From positions 192,001-256,000 of the forward strand of contig CBEVQO010000003.1 in assembly GCA_965552055.1 (NCBI GenBank): a DNA stretch of 64,000 bases. The letters run 5' to 3'. The translations under genes and the position numbers were made by a program. This stretch comes from an uncultured bacterium (lineage in GTDB: Bacteria > Hydrothermota > UBA3073 > NMUJ01 > CBEVQO01). Positions 40,151 to 49,876 of the stretch are shown here, in pieces (within the stretch, counting starts at the first letter, position 1; each line of letters opens with the position of its first letter). The notes under the pieces are model-generated. The model searched no databases, was not told the DNA's origin, and saw only the letters and a program-made list of their open reading frames with translations.

Positions 40151-41985
40151 TGAAGAAAACCCATAGATTTTTGTCCCTTTTTTTTATAGATATAATATTA
40201 ATCTGGTTTTGCCTTCTACTTGCTTTCTACCTGCATTCCCAGCAATATCTTTTGAAAATTTCTTATCATTTTGCTATCTTCTTTATACTTGTTTTGCTTT
40301 CTAAATTACCTTTCTTCTGGCTTTTCAACCTCTATCGCATTTCTTTGATGCATGTCAGTGTTTATGATGTTATTTCTATATTGAAAGCGAATACAGCAGG
40401 TTCAATTGCCTTTTTATTCGTTGTCAGTTTATGTTATTTGCTGAAGTTAGTTGAATTCATTCCTTTCAGGGTGATTTTTATAGACTGGTGTCTCTGTCTT
40501 CTCTTTACGGGTGGTATAAGGACATTGAAGCGTGTAATTTCACTTTTGCGCTACAATTCAAATCATATGGTTAGAAAAAGGCTATTAATAATAGGGGCTG
40601 GTGATGCAGGTGAGCAAATTGTGAGAGATATAAAACGCAATCCCAAATCAGAATATTATCCCGTTGGCTTCATAGATGATGACCCTTCCAAAAAGGGACT
40701 TGTAATCCATGATGTTAAGGTGCTGGGAGATAAAGAGAGCATACCCGATATTGTAAAAAAGCATAAAGTTGATACAATTTTAATAGCAATACCTTCTGCA
40801 CCATCGGATGTTATAAGGGAATTTGTTGAGATATCGGAGCAATCAGGAGTTGAAGATGTAAAAATATTACCAAATCTTGAAGACCTCGTATCGGGCAGGG
40901 TAACGATATCAGATATAAGAGACATAAAAATAGAAGACCTTTTAGGAAGACAGCCAGTAACCATATCTACGGAAGAGGTTGAGAATTATCTTAAAGGTAA
41001 AAAAATATTGATAACAGGAGCAGGTGGTTCAATAGGCTCTGAAATTTGCAAGCAGGTAGCAAAATTTTCACCACAAAAATTAATACTATTCGAAATAGAT
41101 GAAACCGAACTTTTTTTGATAACAAATAAATTGCGAGATTCATACAGTAACATCGAAATTATACCTGTTGTCGGAGATATAACGAATGAAGGCAAAGTGA
41201 AAAAGATATTCGAAGAATATCAGCCAGAGGTTGTATTTCATTCTGCTGCTTATAAACATGTGCCGATGATGGAAGATTATCCTGATGAAGCTGTTAGAGT
41301 AAATGTGATTGGCACTTATTATGTTGCTAAAGCTTCCGCTGATAATAATGTAGAGAAATTCGTTCTCATATCTACAGATAAGGCAGTTCGACCTGTCAGC
41401 GTAATGGGTGCTACCAAGAGGCTTGCAGAGGAGATAATAAGATACATGGCAAAGAATAACGAAACACATTTTGTAGCCGTGAGATTCGGAAATGTGCTCG
41501 GTAGCAGAGGAAGTGTGATACAAACCTTTAAAGAGCAAATTGCACAGAGGCGTCCAATAACCGTTACTCACCCCTTAATGGAGAGATATTTTATGACAGT
41601 CGAAGAAGCTGTCTCCCTGGTTCTGCAGGCAGGTGCAATCGGTAAAAACGGCGAAATACTGTTCCTTGATATGGGAAAACCAGTAAGCATAGCGAAACTT
41701 GCTCAACATATGATAAAACTATCAGGATTAACACCGGGTAAAGATGTGGAAATAATTTACACCGGAAAAAGACCGGGAGAAAAATTGACAGAAGAACTTC
41801 TGCAACCCGAAGAAGGAGCGCTCCCAACATCGCACGAGAAAATTTTCGCTGTAAAATCAACAACAGAGCCAAAATTTAATCCTTCGATTATTAAACATTT
41901 GAAGGAATTAGTAGAAAAAGGTCAAAAAGAAGAAATAATAGAAACCTTAAAAAAACTTGTCCCATCTTATAATCCATCGAGATAA
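40150..41985 (+). CDS. CapD/PglF-like nucleoside-diphosphate sugar 4,6-dehydratase
   Basis: N-terminal TMs, IEDLLGR, TGAGGSIGSE, HSAAYKHVP, STDKAV, MGATKR, RFGNVLGSRGSV. Confidence 0.93.
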   Translation: MKKTHRFLSLFFIDIILIWFCLLLAFYLHSQQYLLKISYHFAIFFILVLLSKLPFFWLFNLYRISLMHVSVYDVISILKANTAGSIAFLFVVSLCYLLKLVEFIPFRVIFIDWCLCLLFTGGIRTLKRVISLLRYNSNHMVRKRLLIIGAGDAGEQIVRDIKRNPKSEYYPVGFIDDDPSKKGLVIHDVKVLGDKESIPDIVKKHKVDTILIAIPSAPSDVIREFVEISEQSGVEDVKILPNLEDLVSGRVTISDIRDIKIEDLLGRQPVTISTEEVENYLKGKKILITGAGGSIGSEICKQVAKFSPQKLILFEIDETELFLITNKLRDSYSNIEIIPVVGDITNEGKVKKIFEEYQPEVVFHSAAYKHVPMMEDYPDEAVRVNVIGTYYVAKASADNNVEKFVLISTDKAVRPVSVMGATKRLAEEIIRYMAKNNETHFVAVRFGNVLGSRGSVIQTFKEQIAQRRPITVTHPLMERYFMTVEEAVSLVLQAGAIGKNGEILFLDMGKPVSIAKLAQHMIKLSGLTPGKDVEIIYTGKRPGEKLTEELLQPEEGALPTSHEKIFAVKSTTEPKFNPSIIKHLKELVEKGQKEEIIETLKKLVPSYNPSR

Positions 41986-42701
41986 ATCTTTTTTACAATT
42001 TCATTTAAGCCTTTCAAAACAAGATGATTCGGTTTAAGTAGCAAATCCGGATTTATCCTTATGATATGAAATCCGTAATTTTTCAAAGGAGAAATACCTT
42101 CGTGCAGGACTATGATATAATCGGGTTTACGAAGGATTACTCTTTCGGGTGATACCTGGAAGTAATCGGAATTGACTTCTGAAAAAATATTTTCACAATT
42201 TATGATATCACAGAGTCCTGTTAAAAAACTCTTCCTGCCTGCGGTGATTAAAGGCTCTGACCATATTTCGAAGAAAATCTTTTTCCTTTTAAATCTTTTA
42301 CAAAATTTCCTGATTTTCTTGGCTTCTTTTGATAGGGAATCGCAAACAAACTTTGCCCTATCTTCTGTTCCAACGATTTTACCAATTTTCTCGATGTTTT
42401 TCAGTATTTCGTTGAAATTTTCGGGATAATATATGTAAACCTTGAAACCCATTTTCCTGAGTTCATAAGCGATGTTCTCCTGAATACCGCCTGCTGTAAA
42501 GATTAAATCCGGGCGAAGTGATACTATTTTCTCAATGTTGGGGAATGCGAAATTACCACAAATCACTATTTTGTTATAAAGCACACTGTCAACAGGAAGA
42601 ACAGCACCACAGATGCTATCTTCTGCACCGAGAAGCAAAAGAAGCTGGGTAACAGCGGGATTCAATGAAACTATTCTTAAAGAAAGTAAAAATAAAATCA
42701 T
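41967..42701 (-). CDS. BtuF-like cobalamin/siderophore substrate-binding protein
   Basis: RIVSLNPAVT.LL..LG, PNIEKIVSLRPDLI, PLITAG..SF, VSPERV..RKPD. Confidence 0.85.
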   Translation of the reverse strand: MILFLLSLRIVSLNPAVTQLLLLLGAEDSICGAVLPVDSVLYNKIVICGNFAFPNIEKIVSLRPDLIFTAGGIQENIAYELRKMGFKVYIYYPENFNEILKNIEKIGKIVGTEDRAKFVCDSLSKEAKKIRKFCKRFKRKKIFFEIWSEPLITAGRKSFLTGLCDIINCENIFSEVNSDYFQVSPERVILRKPDYIIVLHEGISPLKNYGFHIIRINPDLLLKPNHLVLKGLNEIVKKIYLDGL

Positions 42702-43645
42702 CGGTAGATGAAATAAATGTAAGAGAAATAAATCAAAAGCAGGAGAATACCCTTAATTTTCCACCTTTTCCCGTAAGTAAACGCATAAATAAGTAGCGCT
42801 AAAGACAATGAAAGAGGGATATCTAACTGAATAAAACCATGATAAATGGGTAATGCTTTTATCAGAGTTACTATTCCGAAGATGACAGTTATGTCGATGA
42901 AATTTGAACCTAATATGCTTCCTATTGATAGCTCTATGTGTCCTTTTTTAGCGGCAGAAATGGCAGTTGACATCTCTGGCAAAGAGGTAGATAAAGAAAT
43001 TAAAGAAAGTCCAATTACAGATTCTCGTAAGCCAAGGCAGTCAGAGATTATAACGCCGCCCTTAAGAGCAAGATGACTGCCAAGAATCACTCCTCCGCCA
43101 CCCACTATTAAACCAAAAATTACCTTTAAAGGATTAAAAGGGATATCCTTTATTTCAAAAAGTAAATATGCTTTTCTTATGCTGTAAAACATGAAAAGTC
43201 CAAAGAGAAAGAGAAAAATTATTCCCAGAAGAAAGTTTAATTCTTTAAAAGAGATAGCAAAAGGTAATAGTATCAATGTAGCAACTATCAGGAATATTTC
43301 TTTTATCAAATAAATCCCTTTTCCATTGATTTTTTCTTCTTTAGCAAACAAAAATCCCAATCCAAGTATTAAACTTGCATTACAGATGCAAGAGCCAATA
43401 ACATTGCTTATTGATATATCTGTATGTTTTTTAACTGCAGCCATTATTGAGACACATAATTCAGGTGAAGATGTTATAAAGCTCACTAGAGTTGTGCCAA
43501 TTAAAATTTTGGGTATGTTGAATCTCTCTGCGATTGCAACAGAAGAATCCACAAAGATATCCGTGCAGAAAAATAATAAAAAGAAGCCAGCGAGGAAAAT
43601 CATCAATCCAAAAATCATTACAAATAAATAAAATAAAAATGTCAA
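42698..43645 (-). CDS. Ca2+/Na+ antiporter (YrbG family); true start probably downstream of 43645
   Basis: Duplicated alpha repeats TSSPE..GSCICN and TSLPE..GSNFID. Confidence 0.85.
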   Translation of the reverse strand: MTFLFYLFVMIFGLMIFLAGFFLLFFCTDIFVDSSVAIAERFNIPKILIGTTLVSFITSSPELCVSIMAAVKKHTDISISNVIGSCICNASLILGLGFLFAKEEKINGKGIYLIKEIFLIVATLILLPFAISFKELNFLLGIIFLFLFGLFMFYSIRKAYLLFEIKDIPFNPLKVIFGLIVGGGGVILGSHLALKGGVIISDCLGLRESVIGLSLISLSTSLPEMSTAISAAKKGHIELSIGSILGSNFIDITVIFGIVTLIKALPIYHGFIQLDIPLSLSLALLIYAFTYGKRWKIKGILLLLIYFSYIYFIYR

Positions 43646-43664
43646 TTTGTCAAGTGAAAAATAC

Positions 43665-43692
43665 TTGACATCTGCCGATAATTTATTAAAAT
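43665..43692 (+). promoter_or_regulatory. promoter TTGACA-N16-TAAAAT
   Basis: Boxes upstream of SD AAGGAGG at 43698. Confidence 0.55.
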
Positions 43693-43715
43693 AAAATAAG
43701 GAGGGTGAGATTAAG

Positions 43716-44084
43716 GTGCTGGTCGTTGATGATTCTGCTGTGATGCGTAAAATAATAAGCAGGAGCTACAGGGAAGCCGGTTATTCAGGAGAAATAGTTG
43801 AAGCAGAGGATGGCAAAGATGCTCTTGAGAAATTTCAAAAAGATAAGTTCGATTTGATAATATGCGACTGGATAATGCCGAACATGTCGGGACTTGAATT
43901 TGTGAAAAGAGTAAGGGCATCGGAATTCGGAAGAAGAATACCGATTTTGATGATAACATCACAGGGTACGCTTGGTAAGATGGAAGAAGCTTTGAAAGCA
44001 GGTGTCGATGAGTATATTGTGAAACCTTTTACATCTGCGGATTTAAAGCAAAAATTAGATAAAATTTTGAAAAAAGGAAGGTGA
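43716..44084 (+). CDS. CheY-like single-domain response regulator
   Basis: VVDDS, ICDWIMPNMSG, MITS, YIVKPFT. Confidence 0.9.
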   Translation: MLVVDDSAVMRKIISRSYREAGYSGEIVEAEDGKDALEKFQKDKFDLIICDWIMPNMSGLEFVKRVRASEFGRRIPILMITSQGTLGKMEEALKAGVDEYIVKPFTSADLKQKLDKILKKGR

Positions 44085-44087
44085 AAT

Positions 44088-45344
44088 ATGGCTATAAGAG
44101 AAAAAATAAAAGAAAAGATTTTATTGTTTAGCCTGTGTGGCGAGCAAAAGGTAAGCTCCATGATCGATATCGAGGACCTTCGTCAGAAGCTTCGCACAAA
44201 GGCAAATGTGATAAATGCTACAAAGCCTTCAGAAGCACTGGAGCTCGTAGCAGTTGAACAGCCTCAGCTCCTGATAATGTTTGTAGACCCCGAAGATGAT
44301 ACAGGTGTAGAATTCCTGAGGAATTTACGCAAAAAAGAAGAAGAGATGAAGGCGATAGTGAAAATCGAGCCCTGCAAAGTTTTTGTTGCTTACATTAAAG
44401 ATGGGAAAATTCCTCCTGAATACGAGGAACTCGGAGTAATAAATCACTTCTCGCCACCACTTTCACCACTTCAAATTGAGCGCGCAGTATCAGATTTTAT
44501 AACAAGATTGAGAGAAGAAGAAACAAAGAAGACAGTAATGGTGGTAAACGAAAAAGAAGAAGAATTAAATGTTTTGTCGATGATTCTGAAGAAAACGGGT
44601 CACAAAGTAGTATCGCTCTCGAATCCAAAAGATGCTATCAAAGAAGTGAAGTCAAGAAGAGTTGACGCAGCTATTATTGACCTCGATATGACAGAAGATG
44701 ATGCAGCAGAAGTAATAAGAAGTTTGCATAAGATAAATGATACCTTACCTGTGGTCGTAACAACATCAGAGGAGAGTGCAAAAAGAATAGTGGAAATACA
44801 GGATTTGAACATTTCAACGGACCTTGGAATATACGCTTATTTCGTAAAGCCAATAGACCTCGAAAATCTTAAAAACACAGTTGATAATATCATCGTTTCT
44901 GAGAAAGGAGCAACCAGATATATCGTGAAACCATTGAAACCAAGAGAAGAGAAGGCAAAAGTAGAAGAAGAGATAAAGATAATGATAGTAGAAGATTCCG
45001 CTGCAATGAGAAAAATAATTGCAAAGTATTTGAATGAATTGGGATATAAGAATATCGTTGAGGCAGCTGATGGTCTTGAGGCGATAGAAAAAGTTGACCC
45101 ATCATTTAGTTTGTTAATAGTTGACTGGATTATGCCGGAGATGGATGGTCTTCAGTTTATTAAATTATTGAAGAGGAAACCGCATTTACAGCAAATACCT
45201 ATTTTGATGGTTACGAGTCAGGGAGAAAGGGAAAAAGTAATAGAAGCACTTGAGAGCGGTGTGGATGACTATATAGTTAAGCCATTTACTGCCGATACAT
45301 TAAAGAAGAAGGTGGAAAAGATTTTATCAAAAAGGAGAGAATGA
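44088..45344 (+). CDS. triple receiver-domain protein
   Basis: Degenerate N-terminal REC, middle REC (IIDLDM, YFVKP), canonical C-terminal CheY-like REC (VEDS, DWIMP, YIVKPF). Confidence 0.8.
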   Translation: MAIREKIKEKILLFSLCGEQKVSSMIDIEDLRQKLRTKANVINATKPSEALELVAVEQPQLLIMFVDPEDDTGVEFLRNLRKKEEEMKAIVKIEPCKVFVAYIKDGKIPPEYEELGVINHFSPPLSPLQIERAVSDFITRLREEETKKTVMVVNEKEEELNVLSMILKKTGHKVVSLSNPKDAIKEVKSRRVDAAIIDLDMTEDDAAEVIRSLHKINDTLPVVVTTSEESAKRIVEIQDLNISTDLGIYAYFVKPIDLENLKNTVDNIIVSEKGATRYIVKPLKPREEKAKVEEEIKIMIVEDSAAMRKIIAKYLNELGYKNIVEAADGLEAIEKVDPSFSLLIVDWIMPEMDGLQFIKLLKRKPHLQQIPILMVTSQGEREKVIEALESGVDDYIVKPFTADTLKKKVEKILSKRRE

Positions 45345-45847
45345 TGGAAGACCTTATGAAAAAATTAATAGAAGCAGTAATAGAGGGCATAAAAGATACC
45401 TTCAAAATAATGATGTCAACAGAAGTGTCTGCTGAGGAACCTGTTCAGGTTAAGAAAATGGAGGCTCCGAAGGTTGACGATCCCATTTTCGTCCGCAAGG
45501 GCATTACTGGTGCAATAGGGTTTGTTGGCACGCTCTCCGGCATATTCTCCGTGTATTTCGATGAAGAACTATCGAAAAAAGTAGCATCTCTTATGCTCGG
45601 AGAGGACATAAATGAAATAAACGAAGATGTAAAGAGTGCTGTAGGAGAGATAGCAAATATTGCAATTGGAAGAGCAAAAACAATAATGAATGCTTACGGA
45701 TGTAGAATAGAAATCTCACCACCCACTATAATTCATGGAAAAAGTTATATGATAACACCAAAAGTAGATGAAGATAGGGTTTTAATCCCATTTAAGTTAC
45801 CAAATGGTAAGGACACATTTTATGTTGAGGTAGGTATAAAGAGATAA
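45341..45847 (+). CDS. cheX: CheX-family phosphatase
   Basis: ITGAIGFVG, AVGEIANIAIG (E-x2-N), ISPPTIIHG. Confidence 0.88.
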   Translation: MMEDLMKKLIEAVIEGIKDTFKIMMSTEVSAEEPVQVKKMEAPKVDDPIFVRKGITGAIGFVGTLSGIFSVYFDEELSKKVASLMLGEDINEINEDVKSAVGEIANIAIGRAKTIMNAYGCRIEISPPTIIHGKSYMITPKVDEDRVLIPFKLPNGKDTFYVEVGIKR

Positions 45848-46447
45848 TCATTTTATTTTGACAATTATCCCTTTAAGTGAATGTTCCTCCTTAAAATTTT
45901 TAGCGTCCTCATAAGTTTTGAATTTTCCTATTATCACTTTATAAAAATTGGATTTTAATATCCATGCGTCGAAGCCCCTTTTTCTCAATTTTTTACAAAA
46001 TTCTTTTGCATAGTTCTCATTGCGAAAAGCTCCCATTTGAATTCCATAAAAATATTGAGTCCGGGCACATAATTTGAAAAGATTAATTGCCGGTGTATAG
46101 CAATTGGTTTCGGGATACTCCTGAAAAAGTTTTTTCACCTTATTTAAAGCAGAATCATACTCTCCTTTGATGAAAAAATATTGAGCGATTCTAAAAAGTG
46201 CATCATCGGCTACTTCGGAATCAGGGAATTTTTGATAAACTTTCCTGTAAATGCTGAATGCAGAGTCACCGTCCTGCAATGTTCTTGCATAAAAATAAAG
46301 AGCACGGGGATAAAGTTCATGGGTGCTATCACATCGTGATAAAACTTCTCCGAATTTTTTCAAAGCAATTTCCGTTTTGCCCTCTTTCAAAGCAATTTTC
46401 CCTTCCCTATAGATCGTCCAGATTGAGAATGTAAGAAAGATAATCAC
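45848..46447 (-). CDS. TPR plus SPOR domain protein
   Basis: FPDSEVADDALFRIA (TPR); IQMGAFRN..NYA, YKVIIGKF (SPOR). Confidence 0.82.
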   Translation of the reverse strand: MIIFLTFSIWTIYREGKIALKEGKTEIALKKFGEVLSRCDSTHELYPRALYFYARTLQDGDSAFSIYRKVYQKFPDSEVADDALFRIAQYFFIKGEYDSALNKVKKLFQEYPETNCYTPAINLFKLCARTQYFYGIQMGAFRNENYAKEFCKKLRKRGFDAWILKSNFYKVIIGKFKTYEDAKNFKEEHSLKGIIVKIK

Positions 46448-46451
46448 TTTT

Positions 46452-46528
46452 AATTTAAGCCAAATAGTAGAAATGTCAAATAATTTTTAGTTTTGGGTTG
46501 ACAAACTCCCTATTTGGATATTTATAAT
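46452..46528. promoter_or_regulatory. divergent promoter pair
   Basis: Minus strand TTGACA (46474-46479)-N16-TAAATT, 4 nt before GTG; plus strand TTGACA at 46498 with TATTTATAAT before GTG 46530. Confidence 0.5.
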
Positions 46529-46529
46529 T

Positions 46530-47177
46530 GTGATAATAACCGAACGCAAATCTTTTGATGAGATTCTATCGCTTCTTTCAGGCAAGCATAAGATTTTCCT
46601 CTGCGGTTGCGGTGGCTGTGCTACCGTTTGTAAAACAGGAGGAGAAGAGCAGATATGGGAAATGGAAGATTTTTTAACGCAAAAAGGTAAACAAATTCTT
46701 GGTTATATGATAGTGGATATGGTTTGCCATGCTCTTTTAACAAGGAGAGAAATAAGGAAACATGAGGAGATGATAAAGCATTCCGATGCTATTTTGTGCC
46801 TTGCATGTGGTACAGGTGCTCAGGTTCTTCGTAGCTGTGTTGACAAAGAAGTAATTTGTGGTGTTAATTCAAAATTCGCAGGAGCAGTTAAGCGTCCAAA
46901 TGAATTTATAAGATTGTGTTCCTTATGCGGTGATTGTATAATCAACGAAACTGATGCAATTTGTCCTATTGCAAGGTGTCCCAAAGGAATGTTAAATGGT
47001 CCATGCGGCGGAGTAAAAGATGGCAAATGCGAGGTATTTCCCGAACTCGATTGCGTATGGATAGAAATTTATAAGAAATCACCAGAGAAATTGAAAGAGA
47101 TAAAGATGGCAAAAGATTTTTCAAAATCACAGGAGGTGTTCCATGCTCGATATTACTCTTTTGAGAGAAAAACTTGA
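46530..47177 (+). CDS. MetV-like / MTHFR C-terminal-domain Cys-rich protein
   Basis: GCGGCATVCKTGG, LACGTGAQ, CSLCGDC, ICPIARCPKGMLNGPCGG...CEV...CVW. Confidence 0.85.
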   Translation: MIITERKSFDEILSLLSGKHKIFLCGCGGCATVCKTGGEEQIWEMEDFLTQKGKQILGYMIVDMVCHALLTRREIRKHEEMIKHSDAILCLACGTGAQVLRSCVDKEVICGVNSKFAGAVKRPNEFIRLCSLCGDCIINETDAICPIARCPKGMLNGPCGGVKDGKCEVFPELDCVWIEIYKKSPEKLKEIKMAKDFSKSQEVFHARYYSFERKT

Positions 47178-48408
47178 CTGGGTAAAAGAGCGCTTAAAAG
47201 GTAAAATGCAAGATTTAGAACTGCTCGATGAGTTTCCGAAGATTGATGAAGAATTTAGAAAAATAGTAAAGATAAGAGACGATAAAAGAAGCGAACAAAA
47301 TAAAATAGCAAAGGAAATAGGCAAATTAAAGAGAGAGGGTAAAAATCCGGAAGAGTTGATGTTTAAAGCAAAAAAGTTATCCGAAGAAATAAAAGCAATC
47401 GAAAAGAGAGTAAAAGAGATAGAAGAGAAAAGGAAAGAATTGCTTTTAAAGATACCGAACATTCCACATGAATCGGTACCCGATGAGGATAAAATTGTAA
47501 AAGAGGGTGGTATTAAGCGAGAGTTTAAGTTTAATCCGATACCTGCACATCAATTGTGTGAGATGCTTGATATTGTGGATTTCAAACGGGGTGCAAAGAT
47601 AGCGGGTACACATTTTCCGTGTTTCAAGGGCGATGGTGCATTACTTGAGCGTGCTCTTATAAATTTTATGCTTGATTTTCATCGAAAAAAGGGTTACATT
47701 GAAGTTTTACCACCATTTTTATGCAACAGAAAATCTATGTTTTCGACAGGGCATTTACCGAAATTTGAAGAAGATATGTATTTGATAGAAGAGGAAGATT
47801 TCTTTTTAAATCCTACAGCTGAAGTTCCTCTGATAAATCTGCATAGAGATGAGAAATTGAACGAAGAAGATTTACCTTTAAAATATGTTGGCTATACTGC
47901 GTGTTTCAGGCGTGAAGCAGGTGCTTATGGTGCGGATACTCGTGGCTTACAGCGTGTGCATCAATTTGATAAAGTGGAGTTGATAAAATTTACAAAACCT
48001 GAAGATTCTTTTGAAGAACTCGAAAAAATGTTAGAAGATGCAGAGGAAATCATTAAGCAGTTGGAATTACCTTACAGAATAGTATTATTGTCGAAAAGTG
48101 AAATGAGTTTTTCATCTGCGAAAACCTACGATATAGAAGTATGGGCACCTGCAACAGGTAAATGGCTGGAAGTTTCATCTGTCAGTAATTGCACAGATTT
48201 TCAATCAAGAAGAGCAAATATAAGGTTGAAGAGAAAAGATGGCAGGTTAGAATATGTTCATACCCTTAATGGCTCTGGTGTAGCTCTACCCCGCACATTT
48301 ATCGCAATAGTTGAGAATTTTCAGCAGAGTGATGGAAGTGTTGTTGTGCCCGATGTTTTGAGACCTTATATGGGGGGTAGGGATAGGGTTGGTGCGGCTC
48401 GAACCTAA
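47143..48408 (+). CDS. serS: serine--tRNA ligase
   Basis: IPNIPHESVP, PTAEVP, CFRREAG, RVHQFDKVE, TYDIEVW, HTLNGSG. Confidence 0.97.
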   Translation: MLDITLLREKLDWVKERLKGKMQDLELLDEFPKIDEEFRKIVKIRDDKRSEQNKIAKEIGKLKREGKNPEELMFKAKKLSEEIKAIEKRVKEIEEKRKELLLKIPNIPHESVPDEDKIVKEGGIKREFKFNPIPAHQLCEMLDIVDFKRGAKIAGTHFPCFKGDGALLERALINFMLDFHRKKGYIEVLPPFLCNRKSMFSTGHLPKFEEDMYLIEEEDFFLNPTAEVPLINLHRDEKLNEEDLPLKYVGYTACFRREAGAYGADTRGLQRVHQFDKVELIKFTKPEDSFEELEKMLEDAEEIIKQLELPYRIVLLSKSEMSFSSAKTYDIEVWAPATGKWLEVSSVSNCTDFQSRRANIRLKRKDGRLEYVHTLNGSGVALPRTFIAIVENFQQSDGSVVVPDVLRPYMGGRDRVGAART

Positions 48409-48420
48409 AAGGAGGGTGTC

Positions 48421-48873
48421 ATGGCAAGGAGAGAAATTATAAGGTTGGACCCTTTTAGGGAAGTTAGACGGATACGGGATGAAATAGATAGATTGTTCTG
48501 GGGCTTCTTTGAGAGATGGCCTGAATTTGCAGAAAAAGAAATAGAATTTGCACCCGCAATTGATGTTTCGGAAACAGAGTCAGAAATACAGATAACAGCA
48601 GAAGTACCCGGAATTGACCCAAAAGATATATCAATAAAAGTGCAGGATGATACTTTGGTAATAAGTGGTGAAAAGAAGAAAGAAAAAGAAGAAAAAGGCA
48701 GAAGATATCACAGAGTTGAGCGCTGTTATGGCAAATTTGAAAGAGCAATAAGATTGCCAGCAGAAGTAGAAGCTGACAAAGCAAAAGCAAATTATAAAAA
48801 TGGTGTATTAACGATAACAATTCCAAAATCAGAAAAAGTAAAACCAAAGGAAATAAAAGTTGAGATTGAATAA
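48421..48873 (+). CDS. Hsp20 small heat-shock protein
   Basis: PAIDV.E, AEVPG, ER.YGKFERAIRLP, YKNGVLTITIPK. Confidence 0.95.
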   Translation: MARREIIRLDPFREVRRIRDEIDRLFWGFFERWPEFAEKEIEFAPAIDVSETESEIQITAEVPGIDPKDISIKVQDDTLVISGEKKKEKEEKGRRYHRVERCYGKFERAIRLPAEVEADKAKANYKNGVLTITIPKSEKVKPKEIKVEIE

Positions 48874-48891
48874 CGATTTAAATAAATTAAA

Positions 48892-49827
48892 ATGAGTCGC
48901 ACCGACCCTTCCTACCTCTCCCTATTCGAAGAAGGGAAATTACAGGAAAGAGTAGAAATTCTTCTTGAAAAACTGAAAAAATGTGAAATCTGTCCGAGGA
49001 AATGCGGTGTGAATAGATTGGAAGGAGAGATAGGCTTTTGTCAAACGGGCAGATACGCTTTTGTAGCGAGCTACGGTCCGCATTACGGAGAAGAAGCACC
49101 ACTTGTTGGAAGAAGAGGTTCAGGGACTATTTTCATAAGCTCATGCAATCTAAAATGTGTATTCTGTCAGAATTTTGATATTTCACATTATATAACGGGT
49201 TTCATGGCAACACCAAAGGAATTAGCAAAGATAATGCTCGAACTGCAATCAATTGGCTGTCATAATATAAACATTGTTACGCCTACACATGTGGTGCCAC
49301 AGATTGTTGAAGCTTTGCCTTATGCAATAAATATGGGATTGAGAATTCCTCTTGTTTATAATACAGGTGGATATGATTCTGTGGAAATAATAAAGTTGCT
49401 CGAAGGTATTTTCGATATTTATATGCCTGATTATAAATTTACAAGAAAAGAATTTGCTCAAAAATATATGAATGCTCCTGATTATCCTCAAGTTATAAAA
49501 GAAGTGTTAAAGGAGATGCATAGACAGGTTGGCGACCTTGTTATAGAAGATGGTATTGCAGTAAGAGGTTTGCTTGTGAGACATTTAGTTATGCCAAATG
49601 GCATCGCAGGGACAGAGGAAGTTTGTGAATTCATAGCGAATGAAATATCAAAAAATACTTATCTCAACATAATGGATCAATATAGACCTTGTGGATACGC
49701 ATCGAAATATCCCGAAATTAACAGAAGAATAACGATGGAAGAATTTGAAAAAGCGTTACGGATTGCGAAAGATAAAGGATTAAATCGCCTTGATAAATCA
49801 GAACCGAGATTCATTTTTTGGATATAA
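48892..49827 (+). CDS. PflX-like radical SAM protein
   Basis: CEICPRKCGVNR, HYGEE, CNLKCVFCQN, RHLVMP, MDQYRP. Confidence 0.9.
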   Translation: MSRTDPSYLSLFEEGKLQERVEILLEKLKKCEICPRKCGVNRLEGEIGFCQTGRYAFVASYGPHYGEEAPLVGRRGSGTIFISSCNLKCVFCQNFDISHYITGFMATPKELAKIMLELQSIGCHNINIVTPTHVVPQIVEALPYAINMGLRIPLVYNTGGYDSVEIIKLLEGIFDIYMPDYKFTRKEFAQKYMNAPDYPQVIKEVLKEMHRQVGDLVIEDGIAVRGLLVRHLVMPNGIAGTEEVCEFIANEISKNTYLNIMDQYRPCGYASKYPEINRRITMEEFEKALRIAKDKGLNRLDKSEPRFIFWI

Positions 49828-49831
49828 AAGC

Positions 49832-49858
49832 TTGACAGATTGAATATTTGATTATTTT
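49832..49858 (+). promoter_or_regulatory. promoter TTGACA-N15-TATTTT
   Basis: Boxes in the intergenic gap. Confidence 0.5.
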
Positions 49859-49876
49859 TAAATACAAGGGGGTGTT

